64,000 nt of DNA, taken from assembly GCA_964438425.1 (NCBI GenBank), contig CAYTKM010000001.1:752401-816400 (forward strand). The letters run 5' to 3'. The stretch is from an uncultured Gammaproteobacteria bacterium (GTDB lineage: Bacteria; Cyanobacteriota; Vampirovibrionia; LMEP-6097). The notes under the pieces were generated by a model. It was not told where the DNA came from. It ran no database searches and was given only the letters and a program-made list of their open reading frames with translations. The position numbers and the translations under genes are program-made. Every line of letters starts with the position of its first letter. The stretch's first letter is position 1. Positions 31,171 to 43,908 of this stretch are shown here, piece by piece.

Positions 31171-31572
31171 ATGGCAAGTCCAAAATCTAAATCAAAAGCT
31201 AAACCAAGAAAGAATAAAAGAACAGTCAATAAAGGTGTTGTTCATATTAGTTCGACTTTTAATAACACCATTGTTACTATTACTGACACTACTGGCGGAG
31301 CAATTTCATCTGCTTCTGCTGGTCAAGTTGGATTCAAAGGTTCTAAAAAAAGTACTCCATTTGCAGCTCAGCTAGCCGCTGAATCTGCTGCTCGTAAGGC
31401 TATCGATAATTTTAGTTTATCAGAAGTTATTGTTCAAGTGAGTGGTCCTGGTGCTGGTCGTGAGACTGCTGCTAGAGCTATTCAGCAAGCTGGTCTAAAG
31501 ATCATCGCGATTAAAGATGTAACTCCATTACCACATAATGGTTGTCGTGCACCTGGTGCTAGAAGAGTTTAA
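31171..31572 (+). CDS. rpsK: 30S ribosomal protein S11
   Basis: [21 protein letters not shown]...[11 protein letters not shown]; 133 aa. Confidence 0.95.
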   Translation: MASPKSKSKAKPRKNKRTVNKGVVHISSTFNNTIVTITDTTGGAISSASAGQVGFKGSKKSTPFAAQLAAESAARKAIDNFSLSEVIVQVSGPGAGRETAARAIQQAGLKIIAIKDVTPLPHNGCRAPGARRV

Positions 31573-31649
31573 TCGACAGAACTCGAATCATAAAATACAA
31601 TATATGTTGAGCTAAGCTCACATACGACATAAGCGGAGACAATTTACAA

Positions 31650-32642
31650 ATGAACATGGAACTCAAGATCACTATAGATGATGAAAAAACTTTAGACGAT
31701 GGTTATAATAGAAGCCAAGTTGTTATGGAACCTTTATATAGAGGTTTCGGTCATACTATCGGTAACATACTTAGAAGAGTTTTATTATCAAGAATTCAGG
31801 GTTCAGCAGTAACTCATGTACGTATTGAAGGTGTTAATCACGAATTCACAACTTTAGATGGTGTTTCTGAAGATATTTTAAACATAATTTTAAACCTTAA
31901 GCAGTTAATCGTTAAGATGCACGGTGATGAGTCTAGAACCTTGACTTTAAGTGCTAACGAGGCTGGTGAAGTTAGAGCTTCACAAATCCAATGTCCTAGT
32001 GATGTTGAAATCATTAATCAAGACTTGGAAATTGCTAATTTATCAGCTGGTGCTAAATTAAATGCTGAAATCACAGTGAATAAAGGTATCGGTTATGTTC
32101 CTGCTGAAGAACATGAAGCTGCTACATCTTTAGACGTGATTCCTATTGACTCAGTTTTTACACCAATAAAAAATGTTTCTTATTCAGTTGACCAAGTCGC
32201 TGGCACTACAGGTCAAGCTAACAAATACGATAAGTTAATCTTAGATGTATGGTCTGATGGTTCAGTACCGATAAGTGATGCTGTTGGTCAATCTGCTGCA
32301 CAAATTGTTGAATTAATGAATGCATTAATTAATTACACTGGTCAGAAAGTTGGTGTTATCAAGACTGTTGAAGAAGTTGAAGATACACAAGAAGATACTG
32401 AAGAGAATAAATTTGCAAACATCAGTGTTGAAGAACTTGAGCTTTCAGTTAGATCTTATAACTGTTTAAAGAGAGCTAATATTAACAATTTAGCTGATCT
32501 ACTTAAGTTAACTGACTTTGATTTAATGAATATTAAAAACTTTGGTAAGAAATCTGCTGAAGAAGTGTTAGAAAAAGTTCAAAGCATGGGTTACAAGCTT
32601 AAAAGCAGAGATAACTTAGCTGGTCAGGGTGTTGAATACTAA
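31650..32642 (+). CDS. rpoA: DNA-directed RNA polymerase subunit alpha
   Basis: N-terminal dimerisation domain (EPLYRGFGHTIGNILRRVLLS) and C-terminal CTD (LSVRSYNCLKRANI); 330 aa; rpsD absent between rpsK and rpoA. Confidence 0.95.
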   Translation: MNMELKITIDDEKTLDDGYNRSQVVMEPLYRGFGHTIGNILRRVLLSRIQGSAVTHVRIEGVNHEFTTLDGVSEDILNIILNLKQLIVKMHGDESRTLTLSANEAGEVRASQIQCPSDVEIINQDLEIANLSAGAKLNAEITVNKGIGYVPAEEHEAATSLDVIPIDSVFTPIKNVSYSVDQVAGTTGQANKYDKLILDVWSDGSVPISDAVGQSAAQIVELMNALINYTGQKVGVIKTVEEVEDTQEDTEENKFANISVEELELSVRSYNCLKRANINNLADLLKLTDFDLMNIKNFGKKSAEEVLEKVQSMGYKLKSRDNLAGQGVEY

Positions 32643-32696
32643 AAATATCAATTAGAGCACTCTAAAATACAAAATAAATTATAAGGATAATTAGTC

Positions 32697-33047
32697 ATGA
32701 GACATAGAATGAAGAAAAGAAGAATGAATAGACCTGCTGATCAGCGTAAAGCTGCTTTGCGTGCACTAACTACTAACCTTCTAAGATCTAAAAAAATTAG
32801 TACAACTTTAGCTAACGCTAAAGCTGCTGCTCCTGAAATTGAAAAAATGATTGGTTTAGCTAAACGTGGTGACCTTCATGCAAGAAGACAAGCTGCTGCT
32901 TTCATCTATGATAATGATGTTGTTCAAGATTTATTTACTACAGTAGCTGATCGTTATCAAGAACGTACTTCAGGTTACACTAGAATTATTAAAGCTGGTC
33001 GTCGTCGTGGTGACAATTCTCAGTTAGCTATTTTAGAATTAGTTTAA
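32697..33047 (+). CDS. rplQ: 50S ribosomal protein L17
   Basis: MRHRMKKRRMNRPADQRKAALRALTTNLL...; 116 aa. Confidence 0.9.
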   Translation: MRHRMKKRRMNRPADQRKAALRALTTNLLRSKKISTTLANAKAAAPEIEKMIGLAKRGDLHARRQAAAFIYDNDVVQDLFTTVADRYQERTSGYTRIIKAGRRRGDNSQLAILELV

Positions 33048-33143
33048 CTTCTTATAAATTACTAATCTCATTGATTAAACTCCATGTTATTTTCAATAGC
33101 TTTTAATCTATAGTAATTTCAATACAATTTAATATAAAATTTT

Positions 33144-33198
33144 GGTCATGCTCCTTTAGATCTCCCCCCCCCCATAAATTAGCATGACCTCTTTTTAT
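33144..33198 (+). terminator. Terminator-like hairpin (9-bp stem GGTCATGCT/AGCATGACC, 28-nt loop containing a C10 homopolymer) followed by TCTTTTTAT; candidate end of rpsM-rplQ operon
   Basis: tttGGTCATGCTcctttagatctccccccccccataaattAGCATGACCtctttttat read directly ~100 nt after rplQ stop. Confidence 0.4.
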
Positions 33199-33619
33199 AT
33201 GCAGTTTTAGCTTTATGATTTTTTTGTTATAGGCAATTTTTAGTTGTGGCTAGTTACATATAATTAACTATGATATCTGGGGGCACCAAAATTGATTCTA
33301 TTACCTTGCGTTTTTTTATATTTTATTTAAGGATGGACATTTAGCTTTATATTTTTATATAACCTAAGGCTAAAATAGTTATATCACTGATTAAGCTAAG
33401 TATACAGAAGCAAATTCATAACCCAATTTCACTTAAATAAAGCTAAACTTATTTAATAATTTAATGTTCAAGCTTATACCTTTAAATAGTCTAATAATTT
33501 TACAAATTTTAGTTTGAAAGTTTTATTTACCAAAAATCTAAATTCATAATTTTGTAATTAATTAAAGATCATAGAAACTCGTAAAAATGTTAAAGTAGTA
33601 ATTCACTAGATTTAATTCA

Positions 33620-34081
33620 ATGAAGTATTCTATCCAAAAGCTAAAAACTCAGGAAAGCTTAGAGCTACAAAGCTTAATAAATAAGTACGCTGAACAAAAA
33701 CTTCTTTTACATAAAAGTTTAGATGAAATTTATCATTTATTGAGAGGTTTTAGAATTATTAAAAACGAGCACGAAAAGATCATCGCTTGCGCTCATTTAG
33801 ATCTTTTTACAGAGGAATTAGCTGAAGTTAAAAGTTTGGTCGTAGCCGAGGAGTACCAAGGTCTAGGTTTAGGGCGCAAATTAGTTGAGGATTGCCAGCT
33901 TGAAGCTAAAGAATTGGGTATCAAGAAGTTATTTGCTTTAACTTATCAAGAAGAATTTTTTAAAAAACTAGATTTTGAAGTGGTAGATTTGAAAACTCTT
34001 CCTGAAAAAGTCTTTAAAGAATGTGTTACTTGCCCTTTTTTTAATAATTGTAATGAAATTGCGATGCTAAAATTTATTTAA
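33620..34081 (+). CDS. GNAT family N-acetyltransferase (short ArgA/NAGS-like)
   Basis: GNAT motif A AEVKSLVVAEEYQGLGLGRKLV; 153 aa. Confidence 0.7.
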   Translation: MKYSIQKLKTQESLELQSLINKYAEQKLLLHKSLDEIYHLLRGFRIIKNEHEKIIACAHLDLFTEELAEVKSLVVAEEYQGLGLGRKLVEDCQLEAKELGIKKLFALTYQEEFFKKLDFEVVDLKTLPEKVFKECVTCPFFNNCNEIAMLKFI

Positions 34082-35486
34082 AGAAATCTTTAATCGTATT
34101 ACTTATAAAATCGACATTCTTTATACCAAGTTCAGGATAAATCGGTATTGAAAGTACACTTGCTGCTGCATATAAAGTATTTAAGTAATCATTATCTACT
34201 AAGTTCAAATTTGTATAGACTTCTTGAGCGTGCAAAGCTAGTGGATAGTAAATTTCACTGGCTATATTATGCTCTTTCAAATGATTACGTAAGTTATCTC
34301 TCAGCTTACTTAACTGTTCAAGTTCAGTATAAACTTTTTTTAGATCACTTTTATCTTCCTTATTAGCTGTTGAATCATTCGTTAAGCTGTTTAAACTAAG
34401 TATTGCACCATCAACTACATGGATTTCATCAGCTTTTTCAGTAAGCTTAGTAACATTAGACTTACTTTGAGAGATTTCAGCTGGATCTGACCTATCACTT
34501 TCATCTGTGAGACTATCAGTAACTTCAAGCTCTTCATGGTTTAGTGGGGAGTTAGAATCACTGCCTACTAAAGCTGGGTTAATTTTAATGGTAAACTGGT
34601 GAAAAATATGACTGGAGTAGTCAGTTTCTCTTTTAGGTAGGATAATATTATCGAAATCAGTTAAGTTTTCATAGTATCTATCAGCATTGAGCGCGCGCGC
34701 ACCGTTCCAGGATTGAATATGTTTAAGTTTTTCACGTAAAATACATGCTTGAATCGCATCAAGTCTACTGTTTACCCCTAAACAGCTATGATAATATCTC
34801 TTTTTAGAGCCATGAGCTTTAATAACACTGATTCTTTCGGCTAGCTCTGCATCATTAGTGCTAAGCATGCCACCATCACCAGCACATGATAAATTTTTAG
34901 TCGGATAAAAGCTATAAGTACCGATATCTCCTACTGTGCCAGCATAATGCCACTTATTATTATAAAAAACTTTAGTGCCAAATGATTGTGCTGTATCTTC
35001 GATAACAGCAATATTATGCTTTCTAGCTAGCAGCATGATATCTGTCATCGCTGCGGCTTGACCATACAAGTGTACTACTATAATAGCCTTTGTTTTACTG
35101 GTGATTTTACTTTCAATAGATTTAGGATCAATATTAAAATTGTCTACATCGATATCTGCAAGTACTGGTTTAGCGCCGCATTGGTCTATTGATTCTGAGC
35201 TCGCTATATAAGTAAAGTTACTGGTAATTACTTCATCGCCAGCACCAATACCTAAAGCTAGTAAAGCTATATATAAAGCATCAGAACCATTCGCGCAGCT
35301 AATAACATGCTGAGTTTCTAAAAATTTAGCAGCTTCAGCTTCAAAATTACTAACCTCGCTGCCACCAATATACGCGCCACTTGCTAAGATATCTAAAACT
35401 TTAGGATCAGTTACCTCTTTAATTTGGGCGTATTGAGCTGGCAGGTCGATTAAAGGTATAGCAGTTTTTTGGCTAATGTTAGTCAT
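34074..35486 (-). CDS. DegT/DnrJ/EryC1/StrS-family PLP-dependent sugar aminotransferase carrying a ~90-aa low-complexity insertion
   Basis: N-terminal IPLIDLPAQY, GSDALYIAL, PLP-Lys region YSFYPTKNL, GDGGM; 470 aa vs ~370-390 typical; insertion LVGSDSNSPLNHEELEVTDSLTDESDRSDPAEISQSK... between conserved blocks; 3' end overlaps GNAT 3' end by 8 nt. Confidence 0.8.
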   Translation of the reverse strand: MTNISQKTAIPLIDLPAQYAQIKEVTDPKVLDILASGAYIGGSEVSNFEAEAAKFLETQHVISCANGSDALYIALLALGIGAGDEVITSNFTYIASSESIDQCGAKPVLADIDVDNFNIDPKSIESKITSKTKAIIVVHLYGQAAAMTDIMLLARKHNIAVIEDTAQSFGTKVFYNNKWHYAGTVGDIGTYSFYPTKNLSCAGDGGMLSTNDAELAERISVIKAHGSKKRYYHSCLGVNSRLDAIQACILREKLKHIQSWNGARALNADRYYENLTDFDNIILPKRETDYSSHIFHQFTIKINPALVGSDSNSPLNHEELEVTDSLTDESDRSDPAEISQSKSNVTKLTEKADEIHVVDGAILSLNSLTNDSTANKEDKSDLKKVYTELEQLSKLRDNLRNHLKEHNIASEIYYPLALHAQEVYTNLNLVDNDYLNTLYAAASVLSIPIYPELGIKNVDFISNTIKDFFK

Positions 35487-35684
35487 AGATATTGAAGTTC
35501 ACAATTACGAGATTTAGTAATTATGATACTTACTTTTATTTTAAAATATAATTCAGGATAAAGCTTGACTGTTATACTATTTTAAATTTATTTGGATTAT
35601 GAAGCGTGTCAGATTTACTAGATCTAAATTTTAAATAGTATAACAAATTAGAGTAAGTAAGTTTAAAAAAGTAAGGGTAAGTTG

Positions 35685-37016
35685 TTAACTATCTAAAACT
35701 TTAAGTTCTGTTAAGATATCGAAGAAATTTGGAAACGAAGTATTGATAAATTCGCTTTGTAGGATTTCAACTGGCTGATGAGCATGTAAAGCTGCAATTG
35801 CTGAACTCATAGCGATACGGTGGTCACCTTTCGAATCAATAATTATCTTTTCGCCTTTTTTGTTAGCATCACCAAAGGGGCTACCTGCTTGACCTTGAAT
35901 GATCATACCATCACTAGTCTCTTCCACTTCCACACCCAGTGCTCTTAACATATTAATAGTACTGGTAATGCGGTTAGATTCTTTTACTTTAAGCTCTTCG
36001 GCATCTTTAATTATTGTCGTACCTTCAGCCTGCGCTGCTAAGATAGCCAAAATAGGAATTTCATCAATTAATCTAGGGATTAAGGCGCCCGCTATCTCGC
36101 AAGCTTTTAAATCAGCATGCTTTATAACTAAGGTCGCACGTGGCTCACTTGCAGCCAGGCGTTTGTTTTGGATCTGTAGTTTAACCTGCATCATTTCCAA
36201 AGCCTCGATTACACCCATGCGAGTCGGATTAATACCTACGCAAGGTAGTTCAATCTCGGAGCCTGGTACTATCGCACCAGCTACTAACCAAAAAGCAGCA
36301 CTCGAAATATCAGCTGGCACTTCAATCTTAGCTGCGCTAAGTGGTCTTTCAAGTGGATCAATATGAACTTTCAAACCATCAACCTCAACATGCGCGCCTA
36401 AAAAAGCTAACATGCGCTCGGTATGATCGCGCGAACGCTCCGGCTCGATAATAGTTGAGCCGGAATCTGCTCTTAAAGTAGCTAGCATGATACAAGATTT
36501 AACTTGCGCTGAAGCTACTGGTGAGTGGTAGGTAATTCCATGTAATTTACTACCACTATGGATAGTAAGTGGCGCTTTATAACCAGCTTCCGAGCTAATT
36601 TTAGCTCCCATTTCAGCCAAAGGTAAAATTACTCTATCCATAGGTCTAGAGCTTAAAGATTCATCACCTGTAAGTTTAGTATCGAAGGCTAAATTAGTAT
36701 ATAAACCAGTAAGTAAGCGCATTGCAGTGCCAGAATTACCTAAATATAAATCTTGAGTCGGCTTTTTTAAATCCGCCATCTTTTTACCATGAATTTTTAA
36801 AGCAGTTTCACTAATATTTTCTACTTCTACACCCATTGCAGTGAAAGCCTTTTGAGTGCATAGACAATCCTCGCCATTAAGAAAACCACTTATTTCAGAG
36901 CTGCCTTCAGCGAGCGAAGCGAGCATCACGGAACGGTGAGAGATAGATTTATCTCCTGGAACCTGTATTTTAAGTTTAATAGCCTGCTGGCAAGAATTTA
37001 CGGTTATCTTTGGCAC
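35685..37016 (-). CDS. aroA: 3-phosphoshikimate 1-carboxyvinyltransferase (EPSP synthase)
   Basis: PGDKSISHRSVMLASLAEGSSEI, LGNSGTAMRLL motifs; 443 aa. Confidence 0.95.
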   Translation of the reverse strand: MPKITVNSCQQAIKLKIQVPGDKSISHRSVMLASLAEGSSEISGFLNGEDCLCTQKAFTAMGVEVENISETALKIHGKKMADLKKPTQDLYLGNSGTAMRLLTGLYTNLAFDTKLTGDESLSSRPMDRVILPLAEMGAKISSEAGYKAPLTIHSGSKLHGITYHSPVASAQVKSCIMLATLRADSGSTIIEPERSRDHTERMLAFLGAHVEVDGLKVHIDPLERPLSAAKIEVPADISSAAFWLVAGAIVPGSEIELPCVGINPTRMGVIEALEMMQVKLQIQNKRLAASEPRATLVIKHADLKACEIAGALIPRLIDEIPILAILAAQAEGTTIIKDAEELKVKESNRITSTINMLRALGVEVEETSDGMIIQGQAGSPFGDANKKGEKIIIDSKGDHRIAMSSAIAALHAHQPVEILQSEFINTSFPNFFDILTELKVLDS

Positions 37017-37277
37017 ATAGCTATTTTAGCTTAAATTTTAAAGACTTGTCCTTAGTTGAAATATTAATTGTTTTATAGAAATTATTGTAGAACCTTAATT
37101 TTTTGTTCTTAGCTCTTTATCTAAACTTTAAGCTAACAAATTATAGTACTTCACTGAACTATAATCAAATATCAAAACTATGTAGCTATATAAAAAGTTA
37201 TTTAAAAAACTAAATTAAGTCACTAGAATCAAAATATTTATTTGGTGTTAACTTAAAACTTTGTTTAAATTAAGGTT

Positions 37278-37727
37278 TTAACTTAAAGCAGCGAAAACTT
37301 CATTCTTCCACTTATCAAAATGATCATCAAAATCAGTATCTAGTTCAGTGCGCTCTTTAAACTGGGCAGAGCCTAAACGCTCTAAGTGACCATCAAGTCT
37401 ACGCCCGCAACCACAAAAATCGTCATAACTTTTATCGCCTAAAGCTAAAATATGGTGTTTTAAGCCTGTTAAATCTACTTCGCCATCTGGAGTTGTAAAA
37501 AATTTATCACAAAATTTCTCGGCATCTGCTGGTGGGTCACCCTCACCCCAGGTGGAAATTACAGTTATTAAAGTATCAAGTGCTTTTAGTTCTTCTGGTT
37601 TTTTAGCGCTTAGTGGTCCGAAGTCTACTTCAAATCCTTTTCCTTTAGCTTCTTCAGCAAAAGCCTCGGCTAAACCCTCTGAATTACCAGTTTCTGATCC
37701 GAATAATACTGCAAGTTTTTTTGACAT
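37278..37727 (-). CDS. Flavodoxin (short-chain)
   Basis: N-terminal FMN phosphate-binding loop LFGSETGNSE; 149 aa. Confidence 0.8.
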   Translation of the reverse strand: MSKKLAVLFGSETGNSEGLAEAFAEEAKGKGFEVDFGPLSAKKPEELKALDTLITVISTWGEGDPPADAEKFCDKFFTTPDGEVDLTGLKHHILALGDKSYDDFCGCGRRLDGHLERLGSAQFKERTELDTDFDDHFDKWKNEVFAALS

Positions 37728-37799
37728 TTATGTTTATATTATACCAAGAAAATGATGCTTTTCACTTCGTGGATGTTGTTAAAAAATAAAGTTAATAGC

Positions 37800-38591
37800 T
37801 TAAATAATTGGGTCAAAAGCCTGATACGGATTTTCACTAGTTAAGCTTTCTGATACCGCCAGCAACTCCTGCATGCGCTGGCGGCACTTGATGATCTCAG
37901 GATCGCTAAGCGCCCTCGGGCGCTTAGCTTTTATATCGAGCTCAAAAATTTTTGAGTGGGCTTTATCTGTGTTATTAATGACTAAAATTTTTGAAGCCAA
38001 TAAAAGTGCTTCATCAACACTATGCGTGATTAGTAAAGTAGTTTGTTTTAATTCAAGCCAAATTTTAATCAGTTCTTTTTGTAGGTTTTGCCGTGCTTTT
38101 TCATCGAGCGCACCTAGTGGTTCGTCCAGTAATAAAATCTCTGGGCGCACCGCTAGCGCGCGTGCGATCGCTACTCTTTGTTGCATGCCGCCAGATAATT
38201 CGGTGATAGGTTTTTTGGCATGTTCCAGCAAACCTACCATAGCTAAATATCTTGAGGCGAGCATTAAGCGCTCAGTTTTGCTTTTTAAACGGTATTTTAG
38301 ACCGAAACTGACATTCTCGATTACATTTAACCAAGGGAAAAGTGCATAGTTCTGAAAAACCACAGCTCTTTCGATACTAGGCTTGGTAATAAGTTTTTGA
38401 TTAGAGTAGACTTCACCTTCATAATCAGTGATAAACCCAGCGATAATATTTAAAAGTGAGCTTTTACCTGAACCTGAAGGACCGACTATGCAAACAAACT
38501 CACCATCTTCAATGGTCAGATTTAAGTCCTTAAAAAGATAGTTATTGGTATTTTCTAACTTTAAAGTCAGATTTTTAAATTCGACGTTCAT
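37800..38591 (-). CDS. ABC transporter ATP-binding protein (NitT/TauT family: SsuB/TauB/NrtD-like)
   Basis: Walker A GPSGSGKSSLLN, signature LSGGMQQRVAIARAL, Walker B LLLDEPLGALD, family-typical VFQNYALFPWLNV. Confidence 0.9.
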   Translation of the reverse strand: MNVEFKNLTLKLENTNNYLFKDLNLTIEDGEFVCIVGPSGSGKSSLLNIIAGFITDYEGEVYSNQKLITKPSIERAVVFQNYALFPWLNVIENVSFGLKYRLKSKTERLMLASRYLAMVGLLEHAKKPITELSGGMQQRVAIARALAVRPEILLLDEPLGALDEKARQNLQKELIKIWLELKQTTLLITHSVDEALLLASKILVINNTDKAHSKIFELDIKAKRPRALSDPEIIKCRQRMQELLAVSESLTSENPYQAFDPII

Positions 38592-38767
38592 CTTTAGGTT
38601 GCGAGTTTAGCTAATCACTTTGTACTTTGTAAGTTTACAATATTTTTGTCTTTAGATATAAGATTTACAGTATTCAATAAAACTAGTGTTTATGAAGCTC
38701 TAAACCTAAATTAATATTGCTCTTTAAACCTAGCTTCTCTAAAGTACATAATTAAATTAACTCTAAT

Positions 38768-40967
<2,200 letters not shown>

Positions 40968-41066
40968 CTAAGTAGTGAATTTTTTAGCTATTTTATATTG
41001 TCTTAGTTAAAGTTTGAATTATTACTATAAATTTTAAGTAATAAAGCACTTTTTAGTAAAACTATT

Positions 41067-41270
41067 TTACTTTTTGGTTTTGTTGTTTTGATAATCTACA
41101 AAGCGCTTGATTTTGACTCCAGTTAAAATCAGCCCTAGCGCTGCACCTAGAATAATCGAAACTACCATAATATCTTTCTGGTAGTGATTCTGCACGTATA
41201 ATGCGATAAAATAAGCCAAAAAAACTGCTGCTGGAGTTACATAAGCTATATCTAAAAGTTGCCAGAACAT
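41067..41270 (-). CDS. Hypothetical small membrane protein (2 TM)
   Basis: ORF 67 aa, two hydrophobic helices. Confidence 0.45.
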   Translation of the reverse strand: MFWQLLDIAYVTPAAVFLAYFIALYVQNHYQKDIMVVSIILGAALGLILTGVKIKRFVDYQNNKTKK

Positions 41271-41333
41271 AATTACTTAAGTTTAACGGGTTAAAGGGAA
41301 TTTAAAATTTATAATTTTAAATTTTGCTCGAAG

Positions 41334-41711
41334 CTAATCTAATGGAGGTAAATCAAATTCACCATAATCGTCATTCATTAATGCATCTTCAATTTGCTCT
41401 GGACTTTGCTTGGCTGGTGGTAATTTGCGCTCGGGGTTAGCTAGTTTAGGTTTTAAATGTGGGCTGCCTTCTCCATCTACTATATTGACGATACTAATTC
41501 GATCGCGATTTAAACTGGATTTAAGCTCGCCAGCATGCGTATAGCCATCTTCACTACGTTTGACAGTGTTTACTAGATCCATAGAGTTACCTGAAACCTG
41601 CTTAGGCATAGTTTTAAAATAGTTAATACGATTACTTAAATCTTGAGCACTTTGATCAAAATTTTCTGTTATTTCTGTTTCATCTTCAGGTTTAGGGTGT
41701 TCTTCATTCAT
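41334..41711 (-). CDS. Hypothetical acidic protein
   Basis: ORF 125 aa; Asp/Glu-rich termini. Confidence 0.45.
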   Translation of the reverse strand: MNEEHPKPEDETEITENFDQSAQDLSNRINYFKTMPKQVSGNSMDLVNTVKRSEDGYTHAGELKSSLNRDRISIVNIVDGEGSPHLKPKLANPERKLPPAKQSPEQIEDALMNDDYGEFDLPPLD

Positions 41712-41840
41712 CTAAATTAGCCTAATATTTTAGTATATCGGCACTTTAATTGTAAAAATAATACAAAAAGCCGGTTAATTTTCATTATTCTTACTATAAA
41801 CCTACATAAAGCAGGTTAAATTTTTTATAATAGAAGTTAT

Positions 41841-42662
41841 ATGGATCAAAAGAGAATACTTAGTGATGCAGATATTAAAGGATTTGTGAATCTTTTAAAA
41901 GATTCTGAAGATAGTATTATAGCTTTAATGGCTAAGCAGCTATCAAATATGAGCTCTGAAGCTTTGCAGGTTATAGATCATATGGCCGAGAACTCTAATA
42001 ATGAAAGCCTGGTTGATAACTGGTACCACACTTCACGTTTAAGTCTTAAGTATCGTATAGAAGAATGGAAAAAAGCTAAAGGTGAAAATCTAGAGGAAGG
42101 TTTATATTTAGTCTCTAGAATAAAAAAACCAGCTTTTGATGAGCAACGTTACCGCGATAAACTAGATTCATATGCTAAGCGTGTTAATGATAAACTAACT
42201 CCACAAAGTTCATCTGATGATGTTATCGAAGCTATCAACACAGTTTTATTTGAAGAAGAGAAGTTTACTGGTAACCAAGTCAACTACTACGACATTAATA
42301 ACAACTTTATTCACTCAGTTTTAGATACTAAGCTTGGCAACCCGATCATGCTATCTTCTTTATATATTTTAGTCGCTCGAAGACTAGGTTTGGAAGTGCA
42401 AGGTATCGGCGCTCCTGGACATTTTATTATTAAATTTAATGATCAATTATTAGACCCATTTTTTAATGGACGTAAGATCAGTCGGGAAGAATGCATCATT
42501 CGCGCTCAAGAACTTAGTGTATTTTGGCGTGATGAATACCTAGATCCTATCGATGATTCTTTCGTGGTAGCTAGATGTGTTAGAAATTTAATCGCGATCT
42601 ATAAGCGCAATAACGATTTAGATAAAGCTAGTGATATTACTGAGCTATTGAAACTAATTTAA
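41841..42662 (+). CDS. SirB1/YchA-like (UPF0162) transglutaminase-like protein
   Basis: GNPIMLSSLYILVARRLGLEVQGIGAPGHFIIKF closely matches the YchA/SirB1 core (G.P.SLA.L...AR.LGL......FPGHFL). Confidence 0.65.
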   Translation: MDQKRILSDADIKGFVNLLKDSEDSIIALMAKQLSNMSSEALQVIDHMAENSNNESLVDNWYHTSRLSLKYRIEEWKKAKGENLEEGLYLVSRIKKPAFDEQRYRDKLDSYAKRVNDKLTPQSSSDDVIEAINTVLFEEEKFTGNQVNYYDINNNFIHSVLDTKLGNPIMLSSLYILVARRLGLEVQGIGAPGHFIIKFNDQLLDPFFNGRKISREECIIRAQELSVFWRDEYLDPIDDSFVVARCVRNLIAIYKRNNDLDKASDITELLKLI

Positions 42663-42669
42663 CTTTATC

Positions 42670-43689
42670 TTGTTTTCAAACTTAAAAAAACTTAGTTTAG
42701 TTTTACTATTAGGTCTAAGTGCTGGCACTGCTTACGCTTTGCCTGAGCATTTCGAACTAAAAAAGAAGTTGGTTAAAGGTCAGTTTCCTGAAGTTAGAGA
42801 CACTTATAAGAAAGATAAAAAAGTAGTCAAGTTTTTAACTGGTAAAAGTAAAAAGCTGCGCATTGGGGCTGAGCATTGTATCTTATATATGACTTGTCTC
42901 GTGGCTGAAGGTAAGCTTGATGAAATGTCTTTAGTCGCGCCAGCTTGCTATGAGCATGATCGCAAAGATTTAGAAATCCATAAGTTTTATGAAGACTATT
43001 TGCTTGCCACTAGAAACTTTCACCCTGAAGATAATAGATTTGACTTTAGCCAAACTACCAAGCAGGCTTTAAAGCTTAACTATGATATTGAAAAAATGCT
43101 AATTTCTGCTAACGAAACTACCGTATCTGATCCTGATGAAGCTAACTTAATAGCCGAAAGTAAGGTTACAGCTAAACAATTAATGGAATATTACCCACTA
43201 GCTAAGTTTTATTTGCCTTCACGTTTTGAATTGTTACTTAAAATAGGGGCTGAAGATCAAGCTGAGCGCTTAGCAGAAAAGATTATTTCTCAGCAGATTT
43301 ATAGACTTTACCCTAAAACACCTGAATTTTATACCTTGAGTGAGGCTTACAAAACCATGGCTCAAATTCACTTAAACCATGCTAAAAAGCTGCACGCTAG
43401 TTTATTTGAAATCCAAAGCCAGGGACTAAAATTAACAGCTAATGATCCAGAATTGGTAGACCTGAAAACTAAGTTTTTGAGTTTAGAAAAAAAATTCAAC
43501 GAGCAGGATAAAAAGGCTAAATACTATCTTTCTTTAGCAGCTACTAGCGCTGATCGTCTAAAGTCTTTTTGGTTAGAAGAAGACATCCATGTTTTTCACC
43601 CTTATATGAAAAACACTGATCATAGTGTAATTATAGGTTCAGTCTTTCCGCAATGGTTAGAAACTAAGCAATTAAAAGCTAAAGAGTAA
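42670..43689 (+). CDS. Hypothetical secreted protein
   Basis: Signal peptide MFSNLKKLSLVLLLGLSAGTAYA; 339 aa; 8 nt after previous stop. Confidence 0.55.
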   Translation: MFSNLKKLSLVLLLGLSAGTAYALPEHFELKKKLVKGQFPEVRDTYKKDKKVVKFLTGKSKKLRIGAEHCILYMTCLVAEGKLDEMSLVAPACYEHDRKDLEIHKFYEDYLLATRNFHPEDNRFDFSQTTKQALKLNYDIEKMLISANETTVSDPDEANLIAESKVTAKQLMEYYPLAKFYLPSRFELLLKIGAEDQAERLAEKIISQQIYRLYPKTPEFYTLSEAYKTMAQIHLNHAKKLHASLFEIQSQGLKLTANDPELVDLKTKFLSLEKKFNEQDKKAKYYLSLAATSADRLKSFWLEEDIHVFHPYMKNTDHSVIIGSVFPQWLETKQLKAKE

Positions 43690-43908
43690 TTGTTCTATAA
43701 AAAACTAAGATACTGCTTAGGCTGGGTGCATATGCTACAGTACTACTACTAGTATGTATTTTCCAGCCTTAGAAAGTTAAATAATTAGTTTCTATAGGTT
43801 TAGTTAAACCGACTTTAGACCTGGCTAGCACTAATTAGCTTAAGCTTCAAAAATTAGCTAGATTTGTTTTATACTTTTCAAAACTAATTTACATAGAAGT
43901 TAAGGATA

